From: Eukaryota sp. GEM-RC1
Lineage: Eukaryota
Assembly (NCBI GenBank): GCA_040285855.1
Contig: JAUFOQ010000016.1
Location: 2,046,001 to 2,110,000 of the forward strand
Length of the DNA: 64,000 nt
Direction of reading: 5' to 3'
Part shown: in pieces, positions 11,590 to 23,571 of the stretch
Numbering within the stretch: position 1 is the first letter of the stretch
How the letters are laid out: each line of letters begins with the position of its first letter
Notes under the pieces: generated by a model
What the model saw: only the letters and a program-made list of their open reading frames with translations
What the model was told of the DNA's origin: nothing
Database searches by the model: none
Program-made: the position numbers and the translations under genes

Positions 11590-12190
11590 TCAATATCCTC
11601 AAAGTCCAGATTGCCTCTCTGGAAATTCTCACCTACCTTATCCTCGTAATGTCTTCCCAGAGGTAGTAACGCAGATACCGAAGTCACTATAGTTTTAAAG
11701 ATGGCAAACACAATTCGATTTTACCAAAATCTAAGATCGAAAGTCCTAGATGTGTTTTCTTTTAAAATCTTCACAAAAAATTCAAGTAATGATGTTGCAG
11801 ATTTCCCTAAAGAACCGTACGATGAAAACACAAAAGGGTACAACAAGAAATTCGAGTGTGAAGCCGAATTCAATAATTTCAATTTAGCACAATATTTTTC
11901 TTTTTTAAATTTTTCACCAATCAACAGAGGGTTTTTAGTATTAGATTTAGCAAGTTTCTTGTTGGAATTATTACAAACAACGGTAGACATAACATCAGCA
12001 ATAACGAAAAATCCATCGAGTCCAGAAAATATCACATCACCACGGCTCTTCACAATCGATTTGTCCACATTCGTATCATTAAACCAGCCAAAACTGGTTC
12101 TAATAATTTTTCCCATAAGAATTAAACATACAATATAAGGATCCCGAAATCATGAACCATACTTCTAATCGAAATAGAATGGAATAACAA
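11590..12190 (-). mobile_element. CRE-like RLE retrotransposon 3' fragment (family D)
   Basis: SRGDVIF...IADVM...GEKFKKEKY...YPFVFSSYGSLG; paralogous to 36070-36400 and 41455-41870. Confidence 0.8.
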
Positions 12191-12299
12191 AATTTTGATA
12201 TCATTATCCAAATTGTCTTAATTTATGAGACTTATTTTCAGCAACTAATTGAACCATGCAAGAAAGTACATACTGTACTTATCTGTATAACAAAAGAAA

Positions 12300-12700
12300 G
12301 TAAAAAAAAACAGGGTTTAAGATCAATCAGGTAAAAAGAATGATTTTGCAGAACACGATAACTAACAGGCACTAACTAAATTTTCTAAACTATGATCCTT
12401 CTGTCCATCACCAAACAACTTACCTAAAATTGAATTAAAATATTTGTGCATTGAACGAAACAACGCAAACGTTAACCTACTCAATCAAAAATTTTGATTG
12501 AAAACTTTACCGTACTCAGAACACAATTTAGCAAAGGAAGTTAAAAAAACCTTGTGCAGCTGTTCCAATATTACCGTATATCGACATCGCAAAAGGTTGA
12601 AACACAAAAGAATTGTACCTGTCAACATTCAATTGGTTAATTAAGTGGCAGTACGTTGTATTTTTGCATTTTTCACCTACTTCAAGAGCAGAAAATCGTT
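12300..12700 (-). mobile_element. CRE-like 3' fragment (family C)
   Basis: Near-collinear with 51335-51715. Confidence 0.8.
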
Positions 12701-13345
12701 ATATGAGATAAACAGATCTTACTGTTCGTCTCATTATGCGGCTGGCCCAAATATTTGGTCAATTTATCTAGACCGAGCCAGCTCGCCCTGAGTTGTGTCT
12801 GGCTGGCCAAAAATACTGTTAAGCCGGCTCAAGCGGGTTTTTCATTTACTCAAACTTGGCAACAAAACTGACAGTTTCAATATATTTACCAATCATAGTA
12901 CATTGTATGTATCAGCTTTTTTTATCACCATGATGGATATTGATCACTGATGTGATTCTAAATCAACAAATTTCTAACAACAATGGATATTTATTTATGT
13001 TTTGTTTTATTTTGTTTTTTTTGCACGATCGTAAAACAGTGTCAACAATACAAATAAATAGATTGTATATTTATTTATGAGGAGCCCTGATTGCAGTCAA
13101 ATTTGGAAAATACAAATACTGTATTTGTGGTTGTTGTATAAAAAACAAACACCGTTTAGAGTGGTGAACATTCCCTAACTTTATCACTAGAATGGAAACT
13201 AGCTTTGCCACGAGCAGCTCAATCAACGACGTGATTGATTAAAACAACGATTACATCCTCTTTATTACCTGTGATGGAGACCTCCCCGAAATCTACACGT
13301 AACCTCAATCACAATCAAACAATATCAATCAGAAAACACGTGTTT

Positions 13346-14626
13346 TTAGTTACCAGACATCCTACCCTTTGTTTCATCTCCATCAATTCCACGACTAACA
13401 GCAAGACAAAACCCTTCTAGTTCTCTCCTTTCAACTCTTTTCATTTCACTTCTAACTCTAATCTCTTCAGACGATAGAGAAACAGTGTATTGACGTTGTT
13501 GATTCAATAAGTTAATGACAGTCCCAAGCCAATTATGACCGATACCTTGTTTACGTCTCATAAGAACTGAATCCCAATTGTTAACATAACGTGGGGTGAC
13601 GTCAACAATCCCATCAAAATCAATTGCAATCACGACTGTATACTTCTTCTTCCATCCAATGGAATAAAGTAACGGCTTGTCAATCTTACCTTCACAAGGG
13701 TCAACGTGTTTCCACCTCCCCTCTTGACTTCCCTTGACTTCACACCAAAGATGATCTTTAAAATCAAACACAATCCTACTTTCAAACTTGAAACTGCGTG
13801 CCAATGCACAGAAAGCCTGTGTAAACTCCCCACAACGTCCTTGTTTTGCTTTAAAGATTGATGGAATTGAATTGTACCTAGGGAATCTAGTGATCTTACC
13901 GCAGGAATTACACTGGTAAAGTTCAACAACTGAAGCACGGCCCATTTGTTCCATCATATTTGGTTGGGCAGAACCGTGTGATGACGTTGATCCGTTGCAG
14001 TGTTCACACTTTGGTTTCTTGACAAATTTGAAATTTTTGTGGAAATATTTAACAAGTATTTTGAGTAAACTATCGGAAAGCGTTGCATCTGTATGTATAC
14101 TTTCCAAAACTCCCTGAACTATTGGTAAGAAATCAGAAGAATTTGGTGGGGGAATCACAGAGGCAATCCCAGAATCATCAGGAAGTTGAGAAAGGAGGTC
14201 TTGTAAAGGTGTGTTTTGAAGAATGAAAGCTTGTATTTGACTGTCTTCATAGTCTCGTCTCATTGCTAGAAAAGAAAAACAATGGCGAATAAACTGACTT
14301 TGTTCAGGTGATTGAGCAAATGATAGGGGATTAGAGATGTGGTTAGGTGAATATGGGAGAGGAGAGAAAGAGAGAGGAGAGGAAGAACTGAGTAGCTGTG
14401 AGACAGGTACCGAGGAAGGAACAAGATGAAGATGATGTGATGGAAGTAAGTGTACATTTTCAAGGGATGAATGCTTGTGGAAGGCCAGTGGATCATCTAA
14501 ACCAATGAAAACTTGGAATTGTGGCTCAACATCTGTCAGAGAGAAAACTTGAAAGAGGAAAAGTTCTGTTGAGGTATCAGTTATGTCAATTTGATGGGAG
14601 GAGCCGTTGAAAGACAGTGTTATCAT
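13346..14626 (-). CDS. PNG1: peptide:N-glycanase with an N-terminal ubiquitin-like domain
   Basis: CxxC...CxxC zinc motifs, RFPRYN, GRCGEF, DHLWCEV, WKHVDPCE (Cys-His-Asp triad), terminal GRMSG; the extreme C-terminus may continue by splicing. Confidence 0.92.
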   Translation of the reverse strand: MITLSFNGSSHQIDITDTSTELFLFQVFSLTDVEPQFQVFIGLDDPLAFHKHSSLENVHLLPSHHLHLVPSSVPVSQLLSSSSPLSFSPLPYSPNHISNPLSFAQSPEQSQFIRHCFSFLAMRRDYEDSQIQAFILQNTPLQDLLSQLPDDSGIASVIPPPNSSDFLPIVQGVLESIHTDATLSDSLLKILVKYFHKNFKFVKKPKCEHCNGSTSSHGSAQPNMMEQMGRASVVELYQCNSCGKITRFPRYNSIPSIFKAKQGRCGEFTQAFCALARSFKFESRIVFDFKDHLWCEVKGSQEGRWKHVDPCEGKIDKPLLYSIGWKKKYTVVIAIDFDGIVDVTPRYVNNWDSVLMRRKQGIGHNWLGTVINLLNQQRQYTVSLSSEEIRVRSEMKRVERRELEGFCLAVSRGIDGDETKGRMSGN

Positions 14627-14764
14627 AGAAGAGACTCAACTGTAGATAAGAAAATTGGATTTTGGGCTTAAGCATCTTGAATCACCAAATAATCTTACTA
14701 CCGTTCAGGGCTTCTAAGCGAGTTTACCTAAGATATATACTGTTACAGACTGTTATAATAAAAC

Positions 14765-15635
14765 GCCTTTTATTTACTCTTACAAATACAAACTATCATC
14801 AATATTAACATATGAGGTACAAATACCTCTACATCATCTCAAATTCATGTCTCAATGCCAAGAGACGATTCAAAATCGAATCAAAATACCTAAACAGTGT
14901 TTAGTAAACAGTGCTTTGAAAATGGAAAACGACAACCTTCCTCTCCAGTAACTTTCATTAAAATTCTTTCCATATAGCTTACACAATTTGCCAAAATCTG
15001 TGAGAAATTGTTGAGCGAAGCAACCAAACGATCCATAAAGAGAAATAGCAAAAGGATGGAAAATATATGGATTGTGTCGGCGAGAATTCATCTTGGAAAT
15101 TAATTCGCCATAACGATATTTTTTTTCCTTTCAGCAGTTTCAAGAACTGAATAGTTTTCCTCTAAAATTTTGTTAACAGAAGTTGAGTTACAAGGATCAA
15201 CCGTAGTAAAGTCCATAATTATTTCTTGAGAGGACAACCAAGGACCAATCAAATCACCTCTACTCTTATCCGTCATAATTGAGTCAGACAAACTATTTAA
15301 AACTGGTTCGATTTTCCCATGGAAACCATTGCTCTTAAACAATTCTAAACATTGATCACGTAAACTATTGTGAATAATTGATCTTAAATGAATACATTTA
15401 TGACAGTTGACCACATGATGGAAAGAGGCTAAAGAAGAACCACACACACAAGTAGACTTTTGAAGGAGACCAACAGGCCATAGACCCAACCTCAAACGAA
15501 TGTTGATAAGCCATTCATGATCTTTTAAGTTGAAACTATATCTTTGAGGATATCGAGTAATCAAAGTAGAAACCGCATCACTAGGAATGTCTTTTAAAAA
15601 AGCACAAAAAACGGGACTCTCGTTTTTAGAGTAAT
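14765..15635 (-). mobile_element. CRE/SLACS-like non-LTR retrotransposon, 5'-truncated (zinc knuckle + restriction-like endonuclease; family F)
   Basis: IRLRLG...CVCG...HVVNC...RSIIHNSLRD...SRGDL...MDFTTVDP...AERKK...FHPFAISLYG; frameshifted near 15120. Confidence 0.85.
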
Positions 15636-15714
15636 TGATATACTGTATGTTTGATTGAGCATAATGAATGATGCACATAGGCATCAAACAGCATAGATTC
15701 AAAGCAATTGTTAA

Positions 15715-15788
15715 TCCCGCGTGGCGCAATTGGTTAACGCGTTCGACTCTTAATCGAACGATTGAGGGTTCGAGTCCCTCCGCGGGAG
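15715..15788 (+). tRNA. tRNA-Lys (CTT)
   Basis: Acceptor stem TCCCGCG/CGCGGGA, anticodon arm TTCGA-CTCTTAA-TCGAA, T arm GAGGG-TTCGAGT-CCCTC, followed by a T6 Pol III terminator. Confidence 0.95.
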
Positions 15789-15973
15789 AATATTTTTTGA
15801 TTCAATTACCCTAGCCAATTGATATTCCATTAAAGTAAATATGGGAGACTATTCCTTCTTAGCAGATATCGAAATGAGATGTTCCTCGCTGTACATTGTT
15901 GATCAGTTTGATACAAGTTTTCACCACCACATCGATATGAAAATAATTCAATTCGAATTCAGATTCAACTCAA

Positions 15974-17444
15974 ATGCCATCCTCTGACTGGGTCAAATCC
16001 CTAATGGCCACGGCTGATGAATGCTCCAGGCATCCAGTCTCTGATTCTGTTTTTTCACATTCTGTTGTAAAAGCCGGTCAAACTTCAAGGCCTCTTGGAT
16101 CTAGGGTTCGTCAAAGCATATGCTCCGATAAGGGCCTAGAGGCTCTAAGTCTTTTCAATGAATGCTCTCTGTCCTCATTTGATTCTTACAACAATACTTC
16201 TCTGCGTATATCCGATTACGGTTCTAAGGAGTGTGAAAACCTTGTTTTGGACTTTATCAATGTAGCATCAAATACCTATGAAGCACCAGAACTCAATACT
16301 GACCTATTCTCATCAACATATCCTTCTTCAAAACCAAAACCGCCACGTTCACCTGCAAAAACTCGCCGAACAGAAATCAACAAAGCTTATTTTGATGCCA
16401 GATCTTCTGAACTGTTAGCTGCTTCACCTCGACTCCGACATTCCACTCGAACTTCTTCTCCTGCTTCTGTTGGTATAGCCTCTCCTTCTTCAGTCCACGC
16501 CACATCCCCCCTCACCTCGAAACTCCCCTCCCAGAGCTTCACCTCCACCCCAATCCTCATCATCCTCTCCTCGATTCTCTAGAACTGGATCTCCTCAGCA
16601 ATCTTTCTCAGACAGCACCCCCTTCACGTCAATGTCTCCAATGTCTCCTTCAAACCAATTCTCCTCCTCCTCCAATCCCTCCTATAACTGGAAAACACGT
16701 GCTCCTCAGAAGACCCTGTCTAATTCACTCGACTCTGAGTCATTTTCCCTTAATTCCTTAACTTCCTCTGTCCAGAAACACCTTGGAGCTCCTCAAGCTT
16801 CCTCCCTTAAGAAAAGCACTGCTGAACCTGTTGATACCGAAGGAGACTTCCCCACTGATGCTCTGATCAATAGAATTAGAATGGAAATGAATAGCCAAGC
16901 TCAAAGAAGAGGTGCTATAAAGTCTGAGATTGAGAGACGATTGGACACTCAACGGGAGCAAAAACAAGTGATTTTAAAGAGTTTGGAAAATTTAAATAAT
17001 ATTTGCAATAGTGATTCGGAATCAGTTATTGATGATGACAGTGAGGATTCTGATCCTTTCTACGCTCTCGGAGAAACGTCAACAAATAAGGCGAGAAATC
17101 GTTTGACTTCTGCTCATAACAAAAGAAAAGACAAGAACGAGAGACCTCGTAGTAGTCATCATTTAACCCCAAATCCAAAGTTAAACTATACTCCAAAGAA
17201 TTCTCTAAGAAATGAACTTTCTTCCAAGAGATCTCCAGCCCCCAGACTGTCCTTACAGTCTTCTTGTGCTGCTGCTCCCGTTGTCCCTCCTTTGAACTTT
17301 GGAACCAATGCCAATACCCCAGCTTCACCCCCGAAGACAGTGAGTGCTGTTCTACAGTTTGAGAAGGAGTATAGAGCTAAAACTGATTTAGGAGAAAGTT
17401 TTAAACAGAGGAAGGGTGAGTTGTTAAGTCTATCTGATTTGTAA
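15974..17444 (+). CDS. Ser/Pro-rich hypothetical protein with coiled coil; one gene split by an extra C at 16506-16511
   Basis: Deleting one C gives continuous ATSPSPRNSPPRASPPPQSSSS... into ORF 16632-17444. Confidence 0.65.
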
Positions 17445-17507
17445 AATATTGATAAACGATGTAGTGTATAAATTAATTCCAAATTAACTTAGATCATTAT
17501 ACATTAT

Positions 17508-17885
17508 ACTTTATTTGCAACAATACATTAGTACTTACCAATTCAGAAAATGTAAGAAGTTAAATTCTCCACATCAATACGAGAACTGTCTGTATACAAC
17601 TTGGAATAAATGGAACTTAAATACTTGGGAATGCTTCTGTAAAGCGCAAACATACTAGTAATTCGATTAGGCCTTACAGAACCTTTAAGGAACGACACAA
17701 ATTATAAAAATTACTAAGTAATTTAAAACCTGATGTACCATTATTATCAAAAATTGAAATTGCAAATGGAACACATGAAAATTTCGAATATTAATTTTCG
17801 CTACGTTTCTTCAAAGTATCAGCATAATTACTAGTACTAGTGTAACGACATATGATGTTCCGCCATTTCAGGATGGTCATTATAT
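17508..17885 (-). mobile_element. degraded CRE-like 3' fragment (family B)
   Basis: Aligns to 37062-37437 with extra small insertions. Confidence 0.8.
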
Positions 17886-18108
17886 ACATCAAAACTGTAG
17901 AAAACCAGTAAAACGAGGAATGTACATCAGATCAATTGACGATGGTATCGGCATCAGTTTGAATATAATAAGGATTGAGACAGAAACATTAATTAGATAC
18001 ATTTAATAATTCACAACGAATACATTCAAGGATCAAATTTGCACAATTCTTGATTAGTAATAGTCCAATCAATAAACAATTCAATCAAAAATGATTGAAA
18101 AGACAGAA

Positions 18109-19275
18109 CTACGCTGTCAACTGATTTAAAAACTTATTTAAAAACAATCTCCTCAAATCCTGGTCCCAAAGAACATCTCCATGACCCCAACCCTCCACTA
18201 CTTCCCACTCCTCCCAAGGAATCATCTTACTAACCTCTAACGCATCCTTTGGGGTAACCAGCGCATCATGTTTAAAACTCCATAGATAAAGAGGAACTTT
18301 GATAGAATGAAGGGGGTACACCGGGGGTGTTGAACTTCCATAATGTACAAAATTGGTTTTTTCATCTCCATAGTCATACATTCTGAATAGACCATCATGT
18401 GAAGACACCATTTGAGAGAACTGAATCAAATTCCTAACTGAAGTCGTATCCGGAGCATGAGCAGTGATAACAGCAACTCTATCTTGGGCAACATTACCCA
18501 GGCCGGTACATCCAGTTAGTAAACAAATGGCAAACCTGCAGACAGATTTAACGATGCTGCAGAAACCAGGAATAATCCGTTCAATAACAGCAGGAGTCCC
18601 AAGGAAGGACTTGTGACCTAAAATCGAGGTGACATAGCTAGCAGGAATTTTGGCGAGGTATTTGAATAAAGTGGCTTTAACATGGCGCAATGAAACAGCT
18701 GGAGCAAGGACAATGGCCCGATCAATGTAGGACTGTAGGGAAGGGTTAAGGGCAAGACAACCAAGGATATTGGCAGATCCTTGTGAATGGCCGATTAGTG
18801 TTAATTTGGAAGTAGAATTCTGGTGACGAATGAAAGCGATTGCTGTGGGAAGGTCGTATTTGGTAATCTGGTCAAGGGTAAAGTCCCAGAACTGATCATC
18901 GTGAGTGATATAGATGGTGTGTGACAGACTATGAGTAGTTCCTCTCATAGCTAAAATCCAAGTGTTGAAGGAAGTGTCATTGTGAATAGCCATGGGAATA
19001 CTTACAGAGGGCCCACCGAAAACCCAAGAAGCGACGTTAACTGCAAGACCATGGACTAAAAGAACATCTCTGGTAGAAGGACGTGCTGATGGGATTTTGA
19101 ACAGTGACAGAATATAACCGTCAGCGGTGGTAATGTTATAGGTTTCAATCGGAACATTGTAAGAACGAATGATCTCAGGAAATGTCCGATGAACATCAGG
19201 TGATACATGGTCAGCCAAGGACACTGCAAAAAACAAGAAAAACGGGAAGATTAAGTAAAGATAGTGGAAGCTCAT
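18109..19275 (-). CDS. secreted/lysosomal acid lipase (abhydro_lipase family)
   Basis: Signal peptide, TADGYIL, LVHGL, YDLP, GHSQG nucleophile motif, YDYG, PPVY, catalytic D and H (GHGD). Confidence 0.93.
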   Translation of the reverse strand: MSFHYLYLIFPFFLFFAVSLADHVSPDVHRTFPEIIRSYNVPIETYNITTADGYILSLFKIPSARPSTRDVLLVHGLAVNVASWVFGGPSVSIPMAIHNDTSFNTWILAMRGTTHSLSHTIYITHDDQFWDFTLDQITKYDLPTAIAFIRHQNSTSKLTLIGHSQGSANILGCLALNPSLQSYIDRAIVLAPAVSLRHVKATLFKYLAKIPASYVTSILGHKSFLGTPAVIERIIPGFCSIVKSVCRFAICLLTGCTGLGNVAQDRVAVITAHAPDTTSVRNLIQFSQMVSSHDGLFRMYDYGDEKTNFVHYGSSTPPVYPLHSIKVPLYLWSFKHDALVTPKDALEVSKMIPWEEWEVVEGWGHGDVLWDQDLRRLFLNKFLNQLTA

Positions 19276-19351
19276 TTGTCGTAATAGTCTAAGTCAATGT
19301 GGAAGCAAAAAATTTCTGTCCAGAGATCTAACATTTATAAGCTATTAGCTG

Positions 19352-20008
19352 ATGTCACCTCTTACAGATCTATTTCAGAAGGAAAACTTGTCCTCTTATT
19401 ATGAGGATGTTCTTACTCTTCTTCTAGAATTACGTCCTCAAAACCCTGAACTTTTCCTACTTGATTATTTCAAATCTGCAACTACTGAAACTTCATCCAC
19501 CCAGCGAGCAGTTCGCTATATCTTACTAATCACTGACAATCAAAATGAAACACAGATCAATGACAATTGCATCTCCGCATACCAAACCCTCTCCGAATTC
19601 CTTCTTGGCGAGATCTTCAATTCCTTTTTATCCATTCTCTTTGAGTCCCTCCCTTCACCCGTCTCTTCTCGTGCTCTTTCAGTTCTTTCCGCAGATCCTT
19701 TCACTATAATTTCTTTTGAACGTTTCAAATCCACCATCGTCATATATCTTTCTCTTCGCCAGTTTTTTGATTACGCCAAGCTGTTATTTCAAATAATTCA
19801 GGCTGATAGTATAAGTCATGATGAAGTTCTGGGAAGTCTGGTTATGTGGATTAGAGAATTGTTTGTCTCGGATAACAGTGAGGATGCAGTAGATTTGTTG
19901 AAATCAAAACTTGAGAAGTTGTTTAAATCACGTGTTGATAAAGAAGGTGGCGTCACGTTAAACGAGTGGATTATCGATCTTTCAGCGGCTATTTTTGGAA
20001 ACAATTGA
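19352..20008 (+). CDS. TPGS1: tubulin polyglutamylase complex subunit 1-like
   Basis: D/D-like LLELRPQNPELFLLDYF, then NDNCISAYQTLS and ISFERFK..I..YL.L.QF...A..LFQ matching the TPGS1 pattern. Confidence 0.75.
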   Translation: MSPLTDLFQKENLSSYYEDVLTLLLELRPQNPELFLLDYFKSATTETSSTQRAVRYILLITDNQNETQINDNCISAYQTLSEFLLGEIFNSFLSILFESLPSPVSSRALSVLSADPFTIISFERFKSTIVIYLSLRQFFDYAKLLFQIIQADSISHDEVLGSLVMWIRELFVSDNSEDAVDLLKSKLEKLFKSRVDKEGGVTLNEWIIDLSAAIFGNN

Positions 20009-20041
20009 CTTTTAATTTGGAAAATATTTATTTCGACTGAA

Positions 20042-22570
20042 TTAAGCACTCAGTTTTGTAATTAAATCCCGTACTATTTTTGACAATGAACGTCGAAGTA
20101 CCAAGGAATAACCAACATTAAAAGAGGTCAACTCCGATTGAGATATTAAATAAGTTTGTCTCCACAGAATTAGCATCTTTTTTAATGCTAATTGTTCCAT
20201 CTGAGTTAATTCAATCTCATTAAATAGACTTGGGTGGAAATGAAGAAACACAAGACCTGTGTTCAAGACACACATGTTCCCTCGTTGAACATTGGAGATA
20301 GTAATATTGACAAATAAATTCCTGAATATCTGCCTGTTGTTGACGATGAATTGAACGAGCTCCAATAACTCACCATTAAATGGGTGACCTTCATGCTGTA
20401 ATTCATACTCAAAAACTAAATTTCTAATAAACAAACTACTCTCGGAAGTGTGTAAAACTAAATGCTTACGTAATTCTTCAACAAAGGACGGTCGTAGACA
20501 TGAATTAATTTCTTTCCTCAAACTAGGAAACTTCACACAAGTTCCTAAAAAGTCTAATAAAGACTCTAACCTATTTGATCCCGTCTCAATCACAGAACAC
20601 AGATTCATTATACAACACTCAATCAGCTCAGATTCACGAATCATTTTGACCCTTAGTCCAAGATGCTCATTACCTTCAGTGAAATTAGCAGTACAAGCAG
20701 GTGAATCAGGGTGAAGAAAGGAATCAAAGAAGGGTATAATTCTAGAAAACCCAATCATTCTCTCATTAATTCCTAAGGTAGACACACTGACTTCTTCCTC
20801 AGGGTTATGTTCATCGTCTTCAGGAGGGAGAACACCTACCTGTCTATACTCTCCCTTGACTAGCTTGACAGCAATCCTTTGTAGAACTCCAAAGGCACTT
20901 TCAGGGGAGATATCACCAGAAGGGGATCCACATAGACCAGAGAGTGAACCCTTGGAAGCTGAGGAAGCGATGGCGAACAGCAGACGAGCAGAAGTTGCGA
21001 TTAGAATGTCGTGTCGATGATCAAAGCATCTAGCATGGTTGATTCTGGACTTATCACTCTTTGAAGGATCCCACCGTCTCTGAGCAACTAGTCCAAGAGA
21101 ATGTCGTAGGGAGAGGACAGAGGGAAGAGACGGGGTGAAGAGAGATTTTAAAAAGTAAGATCTAAAGACTCCATTGGCTAGTGACGCAGTGATTAAGAGA
21201 ATCTCTGCTCTACTTGAAATGATTAGAATTTCTCCAGCACCAGCAGGTTGACGATCAGAAGTAGCAAGGTTACAGAGACGGGCATCACGTAATCTCGAAA
21301 CGTCATCAGCGTGGAGTTGAGCTCCTCTTTTAATCAAAAGTGACGTGGTGAAATCCATCCACATCTTAGTCCCCAGATCAGGGTTTTGAAGGATAAAGAT
21401 GGCTGAAAGAGCATTAATAACTTCTCTTCTAGCTTTGCTTTTGTTGGGATAATTACTGCGGATAGAGTTAACAATCTCTGAAGCATTAGGGAGACCAGCA
21501 AATTGGACATAAAACCCTATTATCGGATGCTCTATGAGTTTAGATGTGAAAGGAGCAACAAGAGACTGAAGAGAGATTAGGAGAGCAAGACGGCATGCTA
21601 GAAAAGGACATGACGTTAGCACAGAGTGGATGTATGAAGAAGTGGCTGGACTGGAGAGGAAAGGAGATGAGAGCGGAGTCAGACCATTATCAACAAGTTT
21701 GATATAACCAGTAGTTGAATCTACTAGGTTAGGAGCAGGTAGAGCAGAGAGAGGACCAAGTACACGTGAGAAGATGCAGAAGTGAACAGGGGTGAGGCAA
21801 CCCAGTGCCAGTCTTGATCCAGGAAGTGGGAGAGCTTTCTCAGGATGGAGAAGAGAAGGATTACGTATGAGATCGTTGGAGGACAGGTTTAAGCCCTCTG
21901 CTGCAGCAGTGCTTAGAACAATTATGTACTCTGTTGCGTTAGTTTTATCAAAGAAGGTGGGATTAAAAAGGGACGTGGAAAGTGCAAGTACCACAAGGTC
22001 TTCAATGAAAGAACATTTAAAAATGGGGGTGGACAAAAGAAGAGATTCAATGTTATCAGCTTCATCGTCATAATCAGGATTCTCTATTGATTGGCAATCA
22101 ACTGATAATGATTTAAGAATGCCAACAGCTGAACTGATGCAAGATGAGTTAACATTGCGTGGGAGGGAGATGTGTTGAGTTATAGGAGGAGTTTTGCTTA
22201 GAATAGTAAACCGTTCAAAGGGATCATTTGTATGCTCAGCAGAATCAAAACAAGAAAAATCCACTTGAAAGTCCTTGAGTTGTTTTCGAACAAATTGAGC
22301 GCAAAAAGAAATGAACTCTACTAGAATGGTGTGACCGTTAAGAAGAACAAATTTGCGCCTAGTGTCAGAAGAACCCCGAAGAAGCATTTGGCATGTATCT
22401 TGAACAAATTGAGACAGGTTGTCCGCAAATGTCGTACATGCAGTGTTAAGCTTTGAAATAGTTTCAAAAATTTTGTCTGGGTCGTTGTCAACGGAAAAGG
22501 GAAGATTTAAGTGTTTATAAGCTGAGACATTGGAGTATTCCCAGAAAGCGAATGCAGAGTGGTGACACAT
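20042..22570 (-). CDS. TRPC4AP: TRPC4AP/TRUSS-like (DUF3689) helical protein
   Basis: C-terminal LDFLGTCVKF, ESSLFIRNL, NITISNVQRGNMCVLNTGLVFL, LILWRQTY; likely ATG at 22570. Confidence 0.75.
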   Translation of the reverse strand: MCHHSAFAFWEYSNVSAYKHLNLPFSVDNDPDKIFETISKLNTACTTFADNLSQFVQDTCQMLLRGSSDTRRKFVLLNGHTILVEFISFCAQFVRKQLKDFQVDFSCFDSAEHTNDPFERFTILSKTPPITQHISLPRNVNSSCISSAVGILKSLSVDCQSIENPDYDDEADNIESLLLSTPIFKCSFIEDLVVLALSTSLFNPTFFDKTNATEYIIVLSTAAAEGLNLSSNDLIRNPSLLHPEKALPLPGSRLALGCLTPVHFCIFSRVLGPLSALPAPNLVDSTTGYIKLVDNGLTPLSSPFLSSPATSSYIHSVLTSCPFLACRLALLISLQSLVAPFTSKLIEHPIIGFYVQFAGLPNASEIVNSIRSNYPNKSKARREVINALSAIFILQNPDLGTKMWMDFTTSLLIKRGAQLHADDVSRLRDARLCNLATSDRQPAGAGEILIISSRAEILLITASLANGVFRSYFLKSLFTPSLPSVLSLRHSLGLVAQRRWDPSKSDKSRINHARCFDHRHDILIATSARLLFAIASSASKGSLSGLCGSPSGDISPESAFGVLQRIAVKLVKGEYRQVGVLPPEDDEHNPEEEVSVSTLGINERMIGFSRIIPFFDSFLHPDSPACTANFTEGNEHLGLRVKMIRESELIECCIMNLCSVIETGSNRLESLLDFLGTCVKFPSLRKEINSCLRPSFVEELRKHLVLHTSESSLFIRNLVFEYELQHEGHPFNGELLELVQFIVNNRQIFRNLFVNITISNVQRGNMCVLNTGLVFLHFHPSLFNEIELTQMEQLALKKMLILWRQTYLISQSELTSFNVGYSLVLRRSLSKIVRDLITKLSA

Positions 22571-22605
22571 TGAGAAAAGTAACAATGCTACAAAAATTCT
22601 TCTGG

Positions 22606-23490
22606 ATGACTCGCCATCGTAGACGTTCTGGATCCAGATCTTCTGCTTCTGATAATGAAGATGAAGCTGAAATACCTATTGACCGAGAGGACGATTCTTC
22701 ATCAGATTCAGAATTAGAAATATCGTTTGAGTGTCACAGACCTCAACCTTCTGATGCGCAGGGAATCCGACTTCTTTTAAATGGATATCTAGACAAAACT
22801 GCCTTTCCAGCAGGACAGCTCGCTATGCAAGTTGCTGAACAGGAATTTGTTGGTTCTGTTGTCAAAGTGACGGATGAAGAGGATGTGCTGGGATTCCTCT
22901 CTTGTGTTAATCTTGGATTGTTCAGAAGCTCTGAAGCTGGGGCTGCCTTTGCTTCCTTTCTTCTGTCAAAATGTCCTGCAAATCTACATTCTTTTTTTGA
23001 TGATCTTATTAACTCAAATGTTGCAAACAAAACTGGACTTATAATTCATGAACGATTTTTTAATATACCACCAGAGTTAGGTGTTCCCTTATGGGAAAGG
23101 ATGAATGAGGAACTTACCTGGGCCGTAGAGGATGGTGTTTTGGAGTTTGATTTTGACAGATTTATCTATCTATCATGTGTTTATACCCCTAAAATAGACT
23201 CTGTAAAGGTAAAAGGTAAGAAAAACAAGAAAAAGGTTGCCATTCCACAGTTTGATTGTACCCCCATTTATCTGAAGTATGAAGATGAGTTCTTTCAAAA
23301 ACACTCTCTGCATTCGTTTAAGTTCCCATCAGAACTAGGTGCTGACAAAGCATCCATGTTTGATTTCGATGTCAAGGCTGAAAGATTAGTTTTGGTCCTG
23401 ACTCGTGAGGGAATTTCTAATGCCCTTAAAGAAGCCAAGAAACTTGTTAACGATCCTCGGGAATTTGAACTGTATGACCGGTCTTCTTAA
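22606..23490 (+). CDS. BCP1: BCP1/BCCIP
   Basis: Acidic N-terminus, DAQGIRLLL, VGSVVK, GLIIHERFFNIPPELGVPL, EDEFF. Confidence 0.9.
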   Translation: MTRHRRRSGSRSSASDNEDEAEIPIDREDDSSSDSELEISFECHRPQPSDAQGIRLLLNGYLDKTAFPAGQLAMQVAEQEFVGSVVKVTDEEDVLGFLSCVNLGLFRSSEAGAAFASFLLSKCPANLHSFFDDLINSNVANKTGLIIHERFFNIPPELGVPLWERMNEELTWAVEDGVLEFDFDRFIYLSCVYTPKIDSVKVKGKKNKKKVAIPQFDCTPIYLKYEDEFFQKHSLHSFKFPSELGADKASMFDFDVKAERLVLVLTREGISNALKEAKKLVNDPREFELYDRSS

Positions 23491-23571
23491 TTAGTGTGAT
23501 ACAATAAATATTATGTTGAATTGATAGATATTGCTCAAAGAATGAATCGTAGTAATTTATAATGCAAAAAG

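Noticed and set aside
15636..15729. N-terminal extension of ORF 15100-15729 overlapping the tRNA
   Set aside because: Chance open frame beyond the truncated retroelement; it is antisense to the tRNA gene.
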